From NCBI GenBank assembly GCA_965279525.1, contig CBDIIB010000005.1, forward strand, positions 1,312,001-1,376,000: a DNA stretch of 64,000 nucleotides. Direction: 5' to 3'. Made by a program: the position numbers and the translations under genes. A model generated the notes under the pieces. That model did no database searches. It saw only the letters and a program-made list of their open reading frames with translations, and had not been told where the DNA came from. The DNA is from Tagaea sp. (GTDB taxonomy: Bacteria; Pseudomonadota; Alphaproteobacteria; CACIAM-22H2). This document shows, one piece after another, positions 63,201-64,000 of this stretch (positions within the stretch are counted from its first letter, which is position 1; every line of letters begins with the position of its first letter).

Positions 63201-64000
63201 GCATCTACGTCCTCGCGACAGGTTTCGTGAGCGGCGGTGCTGCCGACGTGACGATGACCGGCGTCGGCGGCAGCATGGCCGGCTCGGGCAATACCAATTA
63301 CGGCATCCAGATGCTCGGCCAGGTGCAGACGACCACCGGCAACATCACGATGACCGGCACGGGCAGCGGCTCGTCGGGCGGCACCAATTTCGGCGTCGCG
63401 ATCTCCGGCGGCGCCGACGTACAGACCACCGGGACGGGCTCGATCACCCTCACCGGCTATGGCGGCAGTGCGGCTGGCGGTCTGGACCACGGCGTGGCGA
63501 TCTCGGGCACCGGCACCAATGTCGGCAAGACCGGAACGGGTGCCGGAACGGTCTCCATCACCGGCGTCGGCGGCATGGCCGGCGGCACGAACGCGGGCAT
63601 CTATCTCGACAACAACGCGTCGATCGCGTCGTATGACGGCGCGCTCACGCTCGACGGCTCGGGCGGCGGCGACGGCACGTCGACCACGAATCACGGCACG
63701 ATCATCGACACGGGCGCCACGCTCCTCTCGACGTCGGGTGCGATCACGGTCGTCGGCATCGGCGGCGGAAGCTCGGGCAACGGAAACCACGGCATCATCC
63801 TGTCGGCGGGCGGGGACATCGTCTCGGCCAACGGCAACATCTCGCTGGCGGCCAACGCGAGCGGGACCGGCAACAACGACGCGATCCACATCGACAATTC
63901 GTCGATCCGCTCGACCGCTGCCGCCAACATCACGCTGCGCGCCGCGACCTACGGCACGGCGGGAACAGGCATCCGGTTCGCGGGCGCGCTCGCCCAGCTC
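60290..64000 (+). CDS. Large TpsA / filamentous hemagglutinin-family exoprotein (more than 1237 aa, runs off window; absent from ORF track)
   Basis: Long signal peptide ending PAFA-QNLPQGG; TPS domain IDWQSFNV, ALNRV, ANGQVILLNPKGI; GGFVETSG; WLIDP; Gly/Thr/Ser/Asn beta-helix repeats; frame consistent at start, middle and end (spot-checked). Confidence 0.9.
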   Translation, partial: MPEATTPPDRHTTRRAASRRSARWGRRRLQRAHLGWPLALALGSSLAGPAFAQNLPQGGTVTGGSGTIQQIDANLLQIQQNTQNMSIDWQSFNVGPSGIVRFLQPSSSSIALNRVIGNDPSAIYGQIQANGQVILLNPKGIYFGPNSSVDVNALVATTANIRNDDFMAGRLHFEQGSGDPDARVVNAGLVSVAQGGFAILAAAGVQNTGRIVANGGTVVLAGTKTFTVDFHGDGLLSFAATGTVEQAPSGASALVDNSGIVEAAGGRVLMTARAARDVLANVINTTGIVVAHTAQMVNGEIVIDGGDNGIVNVGGTLDASGRGAGETGGTVKVLGESVRLAAGAAIDAAGDAGGGTVLVGGNYQGQGPERTARIAYMDAAAVIDASALTSGNGGKVILWADDTASMAGTISARGGALSGNGGFVETSGKNRISIADTTRVYTTGATGNAGNWLIDPTDFTIAFSGGDMTGAALIINLGLGNVTIQSNSGGSGTSGTIFVNDAIINTALGARTLTLDAVGGIEINSAISSTLNPLNLNLWAGSDIVIAANISTNGGNVTTNGTGGAGQAGGVFSNSYALDVGSGNITLNQAFGISMPGSILTSTGTVTFNSDGNVTNAAGGYITGPANLVVAGTGNVTLNSASNAISNITLNRTGTAGNISIVSSISPNIQTSTLGTGTFSITGVGFVQSGTITQDGGGGAVTINGGTGSVTLGQANTFTGALTVTSDLISATAAQTLSSALTLQPYTASTNVIFNGSGGGLQLTAATLGNFSGYTSLTAGSSTAGTLTVSSAFAAPANVDVNLLSGGAMSVSGNLTTSGTGSIDLRSAANVVVSGDLTTGGGDIYVTGNVASWAGPFDSNTPVYGSTAGAFNGVSITGGVTLDAGGGDISIAGKGGDSGANLHGVLQAASSVIGTSGAGKITIAGLGGSPAGGNNHIGIEIGGSITAAGTGGIKLTGTGGAATGASNQSHGIYVLATGFVSGGAADVTMTGVGGSMAGSGNTNYGIQMLGQVQTTTGNITMTGTGSGSSGGTNFGVAISGGADVQTTGTGSITLTGYGGSAAGGLDHGVAISGTGTNVGKTGTGAGTVSITGVGGMAGGTNAGIYLDNNASIASYDGALTLDGSGGGDGTSTTNHGTIIDTGATLLSTSGAITVVGIGGGSSGNGNHGIILSAGGDIVSANGNISLAANASGTGNNDAIHIDNSSIRSTAAANITLRAATYGTAGTGIRFAGALAQL

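Overview
GC-rich alphaproteobacterial chromosome segment (Rhodospirillales-like by gene order and protein motifs; inferred, not searched). About 1-29.5 kb is mostly housekeeping: folC(partial)-accD-trpA-trpB-trpF-pyrF, pgk, a DUF2336 gene, ftsY-mtaB-dapF, ffh-rpsP-rimM-trmD-rplS-leuC-(RDD)-leuD-leuB, a pmtA-like methyltransferase, a divergent asd, pdxY, pip and tRNA-Arg(CCT). The rest is accessory metabolism and envelope genes: an ICL/PEP-mutase-family enzyme, gntK-gnd, a GT2/YdjC/membrane-protein surface-modification cluster, a P-type ATPase, urtABCDE with a sigma54/NtrC-like promoter, an MlrC-like peptidase, a CE15 esterase + sugar ABC + GH31 locus, an SBP + hybrid histidine kinase, and the first 1237 codons of a large TpsA/filamentous-hemagglutinin-type exoprotein that the ORF track misses. 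No integrase, transposase, prophage or CRISPR array was seen. Most notable: an unannotated 16-aa Lys/Ala-only micro-gene (MAAKKKAKKKAAKKKK) with candidate promoter, structured leader, SD and terminator; an Asd homolog lacking the catalytic Cys; a small gene behind a CtrA box; an lgm/naxD-like amino-sugar transfer cluster with an unrecognised membrane partner; and a possible uronate-ester glycoside catabolic unit. Family assignments rest on motif recognition only; no database searches were run.
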